64,000 nt of DNA, taken from positions 2,753,413-2,817,412 of the forward strand of contig CP070751.1 of the NCBI GenBank assembly GCA_020348445.1, given 5' to 3'. Each line of letters begins with the position of its first letter. Positions within the stretch are counted from its first letter, which is position 1. Shown here one piece after another: positions 1-8,593 of the stretch. The position numbers and the translations under genes were made by a program. Origin of the DNA: Thermoplasmata archaeon (GTDB lineage Archaea; Thermoplasmatota; Thermoplasmata; GCA-020350865). The notes beneath the pieces are model-generated. The model was not told the origin of the DNA. It did not search any database and worked only from the letters and a program-made list of their open reading frames with translations.

Positions 1-2
1 TC

Positions 3-3000
3 TCAATTAAGGGTACAAAATCAGATTTGTTGAAAAGGATACTTGCTCAAACGATAGAAGGTGAAGCAGAGGTTCCGGAGGAGGAATCACTTCCCTCTTT
101 GCTTGAAGAGTTCACAGATAGGATGGAAAAGGCAGCCATCGGGCCAAAAGAAGAAAAAGAACTGACCCTCAGGGGATTTATACTCGATCTTCCAACACAA
201 CCTTGTTTCACACCGCTTCCTGACAGCTATTGTATCTTATGCTCAAGGCTCAACAAAGAGGTTGCTGATTCATGCATAAAGGGTGGGCAGCCACTGTCGA
301 AGCTCAAGCGTATGAAGAAGATTCATCTCATTGAAATCGCGAGTTGCCTGGGCCTTTCCACAGATAGAACGAAGATGGAATTGGTAGAAGACATCTTGGC
401 TGCAACCGAGCAACCCGAATTAGCTATAAGAGAGGTAAAAAAGGTAGAGGAGAAAAAAAGGATCGAAGCACCACCCGTTCCAGTGGTTGAAAAGGAAGCA
501 CCGAAGGTCATGGAAGGTGAACTGGAACTTGAATGTCCAGATTGTGGAACTTCGGTTGAGATCGATGCATCAGTGTGCCCTTCTTGTGGATTTGATTTTG
601 CACTTGCAGAAAAGGAGGAATTGCCCGAGGAGGGGTACGAGTGTCCAGAATGCGGCAGAATTTTTACTGAACCTGTTCCCTCTTGTCCGGATTGTGGGAC
701 CGAATTTGAAGGAGTAGAAGCATTTGAAGAGGAAGCAGAGGAGGAGCTTGAAGAGTACGAGTGCCCTGATTGCGGTTCCTTAGTCACTGTAAAGGATTCA
801 GTGTGTCCGTGGTGCGGTCTGGAATTTGACGTGGAAGCCCGGGAAGAGGAAGTTATTGAACATGAATTTGAAGAGTTCGAGGAAGTGGGGGAAGAGGAAA
901 GAGGTCTTGAAAGTCGTGTATCTGAGATTGGGGAACCTGAAAAAGCGGTTTTTACGGCAGGTATTACCAACGGTCTTCGCGAGGGCGAGGGTGGATTGAC
1001 AAATGGCATTACCAATGGATTGAAGGTGGCCAGGCCGGGTCTCACAAATGGACTTACCAATGGCTATAGAAAGGGTAAGCCTGGTCTGACCAACGGTTTG
1101 ACCAATGGCCTAACAAACGGTCTTCGAGCCTTGAAAGTGGGCATTACAAATGGATTGACCAACGGTAACGGTATTACAAACGGTCTGGGTCCTAAACGCC
1201 CTGTTATCAAGGAGAAAAGCAATAAATTGAAACTCATTGCTGTACCGATAATACTGATTATGCTGATTTTAACTCCCTATATTATAGTGGACATGGCCGA
1301 GCCAGAAGAGCGGATTGAAATCGATGGTAGTTTCGGTGATTGGAGTGGCGTGGATAAATTCTCAGAGGAAGCCGATGTACCTCCAGAAAACATAAATGTC
1401 GATATCACCTCCTTTGGAGTTGACAGCAGGCAGCAGGAGCTCTCCTTCTATTTGGAGGTTAAGGGGCAAATGCTTCAAGGTGAGCCTGAAGATATTGGCA
1501 GACATATGGATACTGCCTACATTTTCATCGATGTAGACCAATCTCAAGAATCAGGCTATCTCATAGATAATATAGGTGCAGATTACATGGTTGAGGTCGC
1601 TGGGTGGAGGGGTGAAATTTACTCACAAATTTTAAATTCATATACAGAGGAAGTTAATGATTGGAATCTTTGGGAGTTTATTGGCCGGATTTCTGCAGAT
1701 GCTTCAGACTCAAGACTTGAGGTGCAGGTTGATTACAGCGAATTGGGCATGAAGAACAATGAAAAGGTTGATGTCCTGTTCTACATGCAGGGATACGATG
1801 GATCTGAGGATTTTGCAGATACCGTGATTTCCAATGAAAAGGGAGTTTTAATTGTTAACCAACAACCATTGGGTGATTCCTTTGTAACAGGTGAGAAACA
1901 GGTTATGTTGATGCTTCAGTTGACAGCAAGAAACGAGGATATTACAGTAACTGGCATTAAGATCTCCAGAAAAGGAGTTGGCTCTGATGCTGATGTGAGT
2001 GAGGTAAGGCTCATTAGTGGTTCAACTGACAAAGGTACATTGAACAACGGCGTGTGCGAATTCCAAACCGACATAAAACTGTCAAAGGATGTTCATGAAG
2101 CCGTGTTCGTTGAGGTTGATATAGCTCCTGCTGCTCTTGATATGGGAAGCATCGGATTTAAGGTTGATTCACCCCATGATATAACAACCAATAAAGGTAC
2201 CATAACACTGAAGTCAGTGGAACCGGAATCCTATCAATATGATATCAGCTATATCAAATCAATTCCCAAGGAAATAGTGGTTGATGGTGCATTTGCTGAT
2301 TGGGAGATGATAAACAAGATTAGCGATGATGCAAATGATGTGAATAAAGAAAACTTGAATATAAAAGAGTACGGAGTATCAAATTCATCGCAGATGGCCT
2401 CATTCTATCTAAAAGTTGATGGAAAAATGTGTTATGGGGCGGCTGTGCCGTATTGGAATTACGTGGCGGCAGCTATACCGCAAGAGCCTTCAGAGCCCGG
2501 GGAACCTGGATCTCCCGGGGAAACTCCAACTCTAAAGCCAAGAACTGGCGAGGATTTCGTGTATATTTTTATAGACAGCGACAATTTATCCACAACTGGT
2601 TACAGAATCGGTGACATGGGTGCAGATCACCTCATCGAAATCATAGGAAGGTACGGTGATATAACCTCCAGAACGCATCTGAGTTTCTTAGGCCCATCAC
2701 AACATAATTGGATTTGGTTAAATGAAGGAGATGTCAAGGCAGAAACAAACAGTGCATGTTTGGAGACTCAAATCTCAGTTAGTGGGTTGAATATAACAGG
2801 GAATTTTCAGGTCTACTTTCAAACCACAGATTGGAGCAAGAGCGTATCTGATTATTCGGATGGCACGGTGTCAAGGGGAACAAGGGGAATCGTCACAATT
2901 CAGGAATTTAACGCTGCATCCATTGGAGCAACTGCAACTTCGAATCAAAGATCCCTTATCAGAACAATAGGCCAGTCCACCAATTATTTCTTTAGTTTCT

Positions 3001-4115
3001 ATTACAATGAAGATGTTCAGAATATTACGTGGAAATGGAGTTTGACAGGTGACGACAATCCATGGCCTAATCCCCCGCAATTTGTATTTACAGAGGCTCA
3101 TCAAAACATGACAAATATATCGGTTTGGTACGATGATACCAATCAGAAGATATATGTTGTTGCTGATAATGATAGTGCTGACTATAATGTCACTGTTCGC
3201 AAAGGAACAATTTCTGGAAACACCATCACTTGGGGATTTGAAGTCGATGTCAACGTATCAGCCATAGGTGTGGGAAATAAAAATGCCTTCATTTCAAGGG
3301 ATGCAGATGGGCACCTCTGGGTGATATCAAGCATGATGGAAGCAGTTGGGAATTATGGAGTTGTGGCAAATAGATCGGTGAGTCAAGATGATATTACTCA
3401 ATGGCAGGTCGGTGAACCCTTGACCACATCAGCTGATGATGATCCCTCACCAATAGACGTTTATCCCATAATCCTTTCAATAGGAACTTTAGGCGATCCA
3501 GACATGTACGCAATTTGGTATGACTCATCAGGTATCATTCAAGGAAGACGTTATGATGGATCATCTTGGAGTGGAACTACCGATTATATTGATAATACGG
3601 GTACCGATGACGTTGATGGGCAAAAGTGGGGCCCATCTGCGGTTGTAGATTCTTCAAGTAGGGATGTCCATATTATATATGTGAACGCAACAGGGAATGT
3701 AAATTACACAAAATATAATACCGGCGGGACTTATGTTGAATCCCCAAAGACTCTCCGTTACACAGAAGCTGCTTTTCCCACTATATCATTGGTTGGATCA
3801 ACTGGACTGAATGTTTATTGGATTAATGAATCAGTGGGAGGTAACAACCGGATTGAAGGTAACTCTTCAAATGATCTTGGCTCTACTTGGTCCTCAATTG
3901 TCGATTTTACCCCTGATACGTTTGCCAAACGATTTCTAACCTCCGTTTATTATGCACCAAACGAATTTTTTAGTGGATGGCATTGGACACAAAATGTGAG
4001 CAATGACAATGACGTTCTTTTTGAGCGTATTCCCGAATACCAAGATGTTCTTATCCCGTTATTCGTAACGATTTTAATGGCAGCGGTCTGGCAAAGAAAG
4101 AGGAGAAAGTGTTAA
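3..4115 (+). CDS. Large membrane-anchored protein, 5'-partial: SAP-like motifs, three double-CxxC zinc ribbons, [IL]TNG repeats, TM helix, large ectodomain, PEF-CTERM-like tail
   Basis: Frame is open from nt 3 (SIKGTKSDLLKRIL), so the true start lies left of the window. CPxCG pairs at ~531-820, hydrophobic helix at ~1225-1295, C-terminus IPEY + hydrophobic stretch + RKRRK. Confidence 0.8.
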   Translation, partial: SIKGTKSDLLKRILAQTIEGEAEVPEEESLPSLLEEFTDRMEKAAIGPKEEKELTLRGFILDLPTQPCFTPLPDSYCILCSRLNKEVADSCIKGGQPLSKLKRMKKIHLIEIASCLGLSTDRTKMELVEDILAATEQPELAIREVKKVEEKKRIEAPPVPVVEKEAPKVMEGELELECPDCGTSVEIDASVCPSCGFDFALAEKEELPEEGYECPECGRIFTEPVPSCPDCGTEFEGVEAFEEEAEEELEEYECPDCGSLVTVKDSVCPWCGLEFDVEAREEEVIEHEFEEFEEVGEEERGLESRVSEIGEPEKAVFTAGITNGLREGEGGLTNGITNGLKVARPGLTNGLTNGYRKGKPGLTNGLTNGLTNGLRALKVGITNGLTNGNGITNGLGPKRPVIKEKSNKLKLIAVPIILIMLILTPYIIVDMAEPEERIEIDGSFGDWSGVDKFSEEADVPPENINVDITSFGVDSRQQELSFYLEVKGQMLQGEPEDIGRHMDTAYIFIDVDQSQESGYLIDNIGADYMVEVAGWRGEIYSQILNSYTEEVNDWNLWEFIGRISADASDSRLEVQVDYSELGMKNNEKVDVLFYMQGYDGSEDFADTVISNEKGVLIVNQQPLGDSFVTGEKQVMLMLQLTARNEDITVTGIKISRKGVGSDADVSEVRLISGSTDKGTLNNGVCEFQTDIKLSKDVHEAVFVEVDIAPAALDMGSIGFKVDSPHDITTNKGTITLKSVEPESYQYDISYIKSIPKEIVVDGAFADWEMINKISDDANDVNKENLNIKEYGVSNSSQMASFYLKVDGKMCYGAAVPYWNYVAAAIPQEPSEPGEPGSPGETPTLKPRTGEDFVYIFIDSDNLSTTGYRIGDMGADHLIEIIGRYGDITSRTHLSFLGPSQHNWIWLNEGDVKAETNSACLETQISVSGLNITGNFQVYFQTTDWSKSVSDYSDGTVSRGTRGIVTIQEFNAASIGATATSNQRSLIRTIGQSTNYFFSFYYNEDVQNITWKWSLTGDDNPWPNPPQFVFTEAHQNMTNISVWYDDTNQKIYVVADNDSADYNVTVRKGTISGNTITWGFEVDVNVSAIGVGNKNAFISRDADGHLWVISSMMEAVGNYGVVANRSVSQDDITQWQVGEPLTTSADDDPSPIDVYPIILSIGTLGDPDMYAIWYDSSGIIQGRRYDGSSWSGTTDYIDNTGTDDVDGQKWGPSAVVDSSSRDVHIIYVNATGNVNYTKYNTGGTYVESPKTLRYTEAAFPTISLVGSTGLNVYWINESVGGNNRIEGNSSNDLGSTWSSIVDFTPDTFAKRFLTSVYYAPNEFFSGWHWTQNVSNDNDVLFERIPEYQDVLIPLFVTILMAAVWQRKRRKC
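960..1187 (+). repeat. Eleven [IL]TNG tetrapeptide repeats in clusters
   Basis: GITNG..GLTNGITNG..GLTNGLTNG..GLTNGLTNGLTNG..GITNGLTNGNGITNG; codons vary synonymously between units. Confidence 0.9.
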
Positions 4116-5296
4116 TCCTTTTTTTCATCCAGAACCTCTTTATAAACCTTCTCCAGCTTGTCCACCACTTTTGGCCAGGTAAAATTCTCCTTCACCCTTT
4201 TTCTTCCTGCCCTGCCCATGATTTTTCTCTTGTTCTCGTCCTTGAGTAACTCGATAATGGCATCTGCCAAGGCACCAGGGTTTCCGTATTCCACGAGCAT
4301 GCCGGTTTTATGTTCGTCCAAAACCTCGGGAACTCCCCCCACTCTTGTTGCAACACAGGGTTTTTCACATGCCATGGCCTCCAGTAAAACCAGGCCAAAG
4401 GCCTCATATTCTGAGGGAAGAACAAAGACATCGCATGCAGAAAAGGCGCTTTTAAAAAGTTCATCATCTTTTATGTATCCTGTAAACAGCACTTCGTCAC
4501 TTATTTTAAGCTTTACTGCCCTTTTCTCTAATCTCTTTCTTTCTCCCTCATCTTCACCCACCAGGACAAAGGTTGTGTCCTTTACCTGGGAAATGATTTG
4601 AGGCGCTGCGTCCATGAGATGATGAAGTCCCTTGTTCGAGGCTAATCTACCCGTGTAAAGTACGATTCTTCCATTGATGTTGTAGTAGTCCCTAAAGATA
4701 TCGGGTGAAGGTATATTCTCGAACCTGTTAAAATCCACGCCAGCGGGAATGATTCTAATCTTTTCATGGGGAATAGAAAATTCAGACAGCAGTCTTTGTT
4801 CATTTTTTGAATGACAGACAACGATATCAGGTGCATTGAGTATGGATTTGCCAAACATTTTATCATAAACTTTTCTCAGCTTTTTTCTTTTTTTACCGCC
4901 CCACATGCTCCATGAGGGATGAAAATGCGGTGTGATGACCATGGGGATTTTCTTGAGTTTCTTGGTAAAGGCTCCTGCAGTGGTTTGGTAGTAACCATAG
5001 GAATGTGTATGGATGAGATCAGTTTCCTCTTTTAAAAGGGATTTTAACATGGATGAAATGAAGATATAATGCGCATCTCCCCCGAGAGAGTAGGATTTGA
5101 ACCTTGTTACAGGAACACCATCATAGTTGGAGCTGGATTTTTCAATTCGTACAAATGGTACCTCAGTATAAAGATCAGTTGTGAACACCTGTAAATCGTG
5201 TCCTCGGCTCATGAGCTCCTTTGATATGTGGTACACATGATTTTCGGCTCCTCCTGGCCCTGGAGGAAAACGAATGCAGAGCTGTAAAATATTCAT
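4112..5296 (-). CDS. Glycosyltransferase family 4 (GT-B fold)
   Basis: GGAENHV N-terminal motif and DVFVLPSEYEAFGLVLLEAMAC signature; start set at ATG of MNILQ (track 5317). Confidence 0.9.
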   Translation of the reverse strand: MNILQLCIRFPPGPGGAENHVYHISKELMSRGHDLQVFTTDLYTEVPFVRIEKSSSNYDGVPVTRFKSYSLGGDAHYIFISSMLKSLLKEETDLIHTHSYGYYQTTAGAFTKKLKKIPMVITPHFHPSWSMWGGKKRKKLRKVYDKMFGKSILNAPDIVVCHSKNEQRLLSEFSIPHEKIRIIPAGVDFNRFENIPSPDIFRDYYNINGRIVLYTGRLASNKGLHHLMDAAPQIISQVKDTTFVLVGEDEGERKRLEKRAVKLKISDEVLFTGYIKDDELFKSAFSACDVFVLPSEYEAFGLVLLEAMACEKPCVATRVGGVPEVLDEHKTGMLVEYGNPGALADAIIELLKDENKRKIMGRAGRKRVKENFTWPKVVDKLEKVYKEVLDEKKD

Positions 5297-5412
5297 TTCA
5301 TCACTTTTGAACTTCAACAGACAAACTGAAAATATCTATGTCGATTTTAATGTTTTTCCCCCAAGTTCTAAAAACAGGCTAAAAAAGGATCCCTTTTATG
5401 GTAAAGAATGAA

Positions 5413-5931
5413 TTAGGAGACCAGTTCTGAACCTTTTTCTATAACGATTCTGCACGGGGTGGGCAGCTTCATACTGGCCCTTCTAAGGGCTTCTTTTGCC
5501 ACTTTAAAATACGCTTTTGTGGTGGCTACGGAGATCAAGCTCTGGCCAACCTCCACCCGAGCTGCGGTCCCTACAGCCTTTCCAAAGGCACTTCTCATAC
5601 CATCCGAGACCCTATCTGCCCCAGCACCTGTTGCCTGCTTATTCTCACGAAGAACAACGTTTGGATATATCCTGATCTTCAAATGGTAATTAATTGAGCC
5701 CGCTTTCTTGTTCAGATGCCTGACTGCTGCAATACGTGCAGCTTCCAAGGCATTATGCCTTATTTGGCATGCTTCCTCACCTTTTAAAGTGATCTTAAGT
5801 GGGAAATCCCCTCTGGGATTGCCCAAGTCGAACTGGGTTATCCTTGAGGCAGGAATGCCGCCCATATACTCCCGTCTCGTATATGCTTGACCTCTGATTT
5901 GCCTGTACATCCGCGCAGGTTTTCTTGACAC
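5413..5931 (-). CDS. rpl10e: 50S ribosomal protein L10e (uL16)
   Basis: [46 protein letters not shown]; GTG start after a GGTGA SD. Confidence 0.97.
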   Translation of the reverse strand: MSRKPARMYRQIRGQAYTRREYMGGIPASRITQFDLGNPRGDFPLKITLKGEEACQIRHNALEAARIAAVRHLNKKAGSINYHLKIRIYPNVVLRENKQATGAGADRVSDGMRSAFGKAVGTAARVEVGQSLISVATTKAYFKVAKEALRRASMKLPTPCRIVIEKGSELVS

Positions 5932-6106
5932 GCCATCACCAATTCTAGATTTCGCAGGTGGCCACTAATGCGAAACCCCTTTATAACGATTTTGCTTTTA
6001 CACTTAAAAATGGCCTTTATTCCTTATACAATCCCTCTAAGTGTAAATTATCATTAATGATTGTGATTACTCAATTTTTAAATACAAAGAGAGCGTTTGA
6101 AAATCG

Positions 6107-6256
6107 ATGACCAAAGAAGATGACAGTATGTGGAAGGACTGTAACTGTATGAACTGCAGACTCGCCCGCATAGAAGATAATGTCAATAGAATAATTACCT
6201 ATATAAATACGAAATTCGAAGATGCTCCCAAGGGTACAACCGGACATCCACGTTGA
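6107..6256 (+). CDS. Putative 49-aa peptide with CxCxxC motif (not in ORF track)
   Basis: My translation: MTKEDDSMWKDCNCMNCRLARIEDNVNRIITYINTKFEDAPKGTTGHPR; fills an otherwise empty intergenic space; no clear SD. Confidence 0.35.
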   Translation: MTKEDDSMWKDCNCMNCRLARIEDNVNRIITYINTKFEDAPKGTTGHPR

Positions 6257-6503
6257 ACAGATAAGGAAACATCTGCCGGTCAATTTCAAAAATGATGTAT
6301 AATTATTTAATAAGATATTATCTATATGTATTATTATATAAGGGATGTTGTTTACTTTGATTCATTTTTTCTAAATTTATAGATGGAGAATTTAATAAAC
6401 TTGGAGAGCGGGCTACCTATTTATTAAACATACAAAAAAAAAGCCAATTAAAGAGTCCCGAATTTCAGCAAATATTAAGTACACGGATATCTATGTTACA
6501 CCC

Positions 6504-6665
6504 ATGGACCCGTTTTGGATTATGGTCTGTATACCTTTATTAGTGCTTGTGGCGATACTGGTTATTATTGGCATCGTCAAACTTATAAAAATGTTGATCA
6601 TAGTGGGGATATTGCTTTTAATTTGCGCTGCGGCAGTTTTGTGGTACTTGGGCTATATACCGTAA
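6504..6665 (+). CDS. 53-aa small membrane protein with two TM helices (not in ORF track)
   Basis: My translation: MDPFWIMVCIPLLVLVAILVIIGIVKLIKMLIIVGILLLICAAAVLWYLGYIP; stop is 11 nt from the convergent dcd stop. Confidence 0.65.
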   Translation: MDPFWIMVCIPLLVLVAILVIIGIVKLIKMLIIVGILLLICAAAVLWYLGYIP

Positions 6666-6676
6666 TTGGTATCTTT

Positions 6677-7165
6677 TCAATGATCATTTTTTTCTAATGT
6701 CACTCCTTTTTGGCCCATATAGTTGCCTGATCTCTCTTCATATAATTTCTCTGGTAGGCTTTCCATCCTCTCGAAGATCATCTGTGCAAAGGTGTCCATG
6801 ACTTTTATCTCCACAGGGTGATCGGAAGCATTAAAGGCTGATAAAGTCAAATTCCCCTCAAAACCTGCATCCACCTTTCCAAAGGAGCTTAAAATTCCGG
6901 ATCTTGCATATGAAGTCCGAATCCAAAGTTGTGCTGTAATCTCCCCTCCCAGCTTTATATACTCCTTTGTACTTACCAAAAACCACCGCATTGCTGAAAC
7001 ACATGCAACCCCTTCGCAAACCTTCTCATTCAATTCTGGTATAAAGATCTCCTCTATTGTCAGATCATAGCCATTTGGAGTGAGATTTTTCTCCAAAAAT
7101 GGTTCTATGTAGAGCTTCCCCTCCTTGATATGGTCTTTTATGTCCGAATCTGACAGTATTCCCAT
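6677..7165 (-). CDS. dcd: dCTP deaminase
   Basis: ILSD..IK, LTPNGYDLT, RTSYARSG, VDAGFEGNLTL motifs of the trimeric dUTPase/dCTP deaminase family. Confidence 0.9.
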   Translation of the reverse strand: MGILSDSDIKDHIKEGKLYIEPFLEKNLTPNGYDLTIEEIFIPELNEKVCEGVACVSAMRWFLVSTKEYIKLGGEITAQLWIRTSYARSGILSSFGKVDAGFEGNLTLSAFNASDHPVEIKVMDTFAQMIFERMESLPEKLYEERSGNYMGQKGVTLEKNDH

Positions 7166-7188
7166 GAAAATCACTTACTTCAATCGTC

Positions 7189-7671
7189 TTAAAGTTTATA
7201 TCCAATTTTTCTAAGAAATTCCTTCCTTGTCTTGCGCTGCTCCTCTTTTTCGATTCCTTTGGGTTTTTCCCCATCTATTACACCCAAAATTCCCCTGCCT
7301 CTTTCATTTTCTGCAACCACGACGTCCACCTTGTTTGCTGTTGCGCAGAATATAGAGCAAACCTCGGGTACATTCTTTAGGGCCCCCAAGACGTTGATCG
7401 GGTACGCCTCCTTCATTACTATTATGAATGTGTGCCCTGCCCCTATGTTCAATGCATTCTTTGCAGCTATTGATTTAAGCTCATCATCATTTCCCTCTAC
7501 CCTCACCAGACATTCCATGGAGGCCTCGCAGAAAGCCACTCCGAACTTAATACATGGTGCGGAGTTCACCAGGGCCTCATAAATGTCCTCTGCTGTTTTG
7601 ATAAAATGCGTCTGGCCAATGATCACATTGGAATCTGGGGGCATTTCAACAGAAACCAGTTTTGTCTCCAT
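7189..7671 (-). CDS. Adenosine-specific kinase family protein (DUF355)
   Basis: NVIIGQTHFIKTAEDIYEAL..FGVAFCEAS..AGHTF..YPINVL..CATAN..RGILGVIDG. Confidence 0.9.
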   Translation of the reverse strand: METKLVSVEMPPDSNVIIGQTHFIKTAEDIYEALVNSAPCIKFGVAFCEASMECLVRVEGNDDELKSIAAKNALNIGAGHTFIIVMKEAYPINVLGALKNVPEVCSIFCATANKVDVVVAENERGRGILGVIDGEKPKGIEKEEQRKTRKEFLRKIGYKL

Positions 7672-7742
7672 ACAAACCACCTGCTCCTATCATTGGGTGT
7701 AAAACATTGGAGCTTTAAATAGGATGCGGTGAGATCAATTTT

Positions 7743-8417
7743 CTATTTGAAGATTTCCCCAGTCTCCTTGTACCACAATAGAAGGTCCAAGTGGGCCATG
7801 GGAATTTTGATTCTTTCTGCATAATTTTTCATCTTTCCCTCTATCTCAAGGTATCTTTTTTTGGATAATGAAGATGGTACCTCCTTTATCACCCCTTGCA
7901 GCTTCATATTCTTTAAAATGTGCCTATCGAGAATTGCCAATTCCTCCCCAAATCCTATGTTTCTTAAAAAGTGGCTTGCCTCCTTGTATCCCATTCCCTT
8001 TATGTTGGCTACCAGCCATTCTCTTGTATCTATCGGATTGTCAAATTCTGCTATTCTTTTTTTGATTTGGAGCTTTCCTTTTTGAGTGAATAACTTTCTT
8101 GCATCCACGATGTTTTCTGCCTTTGTGTTGTGGAATCTAACACTGCCCCTCAACTCCTTGGCAATCTGTGTTTTACTTCCTTTAAGAAGCAGTTCCTTTT
8201 CTAGGATGGTCCTTACTGCTAAGTCGCAGGATTTTGCCTTGGACTGGGGTGTTAAAAGACAGAATATGAGTTCTGCGAAGATGTCTTTCTCAGATCCTTT
8301 ATCCCTTACTCTCTTAAATTCCCTTAGCCGTGATACAATATCTTTTTCGATTGGTTGGTAAAGCTTTTCTATTTCTTTGATTGGATTTTTTTTTATTGGG
8401 GAACCTTTACCTTGCAT
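7743..8417 (-). CDS. ogg: N-glycosylase/DNA lyase (8-oxoguanine DNA glycosylase)
   Basis: ELIFCLLTPQS, RFHNTKA, HhH KGMGYKEASHFLRNIG, AILDRHIL; start uncertain (track 8468). Confidence 0.9.
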   Translation of the reverse strand: MQGKGSPIKKNPIKEIEKLYQPIEKDIVSRLREFKRVRDKGSEKDIFAELIFCLLTPQSKAKSCDLAVRTILEKELLLKGSKTQIAKELRGSVRFHNTKAENIVDARKLFTQKGKLQIKKRIAEFDNPIDTREWLVANIKGMGYKEASHFLRNIGFGEELAILDRHILKNMKLQGVIKEVPSSLSKKRYLEIEGKMKNYAERIKIPMAHLDLLLWYKETGEIFK

Positions 8418-8593
8418 CTTTTCGTCCGTCCTGTCTTTTTGGGTAATGAGCCTTAATGTCTTTTGCATATCTGTATTTTGCGTTGGTTGGTCTTAAATTA
8501 GAAGGAAAAACAAAAACCTTTATTATAATCTTATATTATTCACAATCCAAATTTACAGTCATTTTATGTGGGACTGATATGGGGGAGATACGT

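Noticed and set aside
323-1060. 245-aa Ser-rich antisense ORF and similar shadow ORFs (e.g. 4158-4601, 8536-9000, 9952-10422, 21832-22239, 56613-57101)
   Set aside because: They lie antisense or out of frame within well-supported genes and have composition typical of shadow frames.
6071-6697. Track ORFs 6071-6289 (-) and 6515-6697 (+)
   Set aside because: No motifs or SD; ORFs in other frames (6107-6256 and 6504-6665) are more protein-like.
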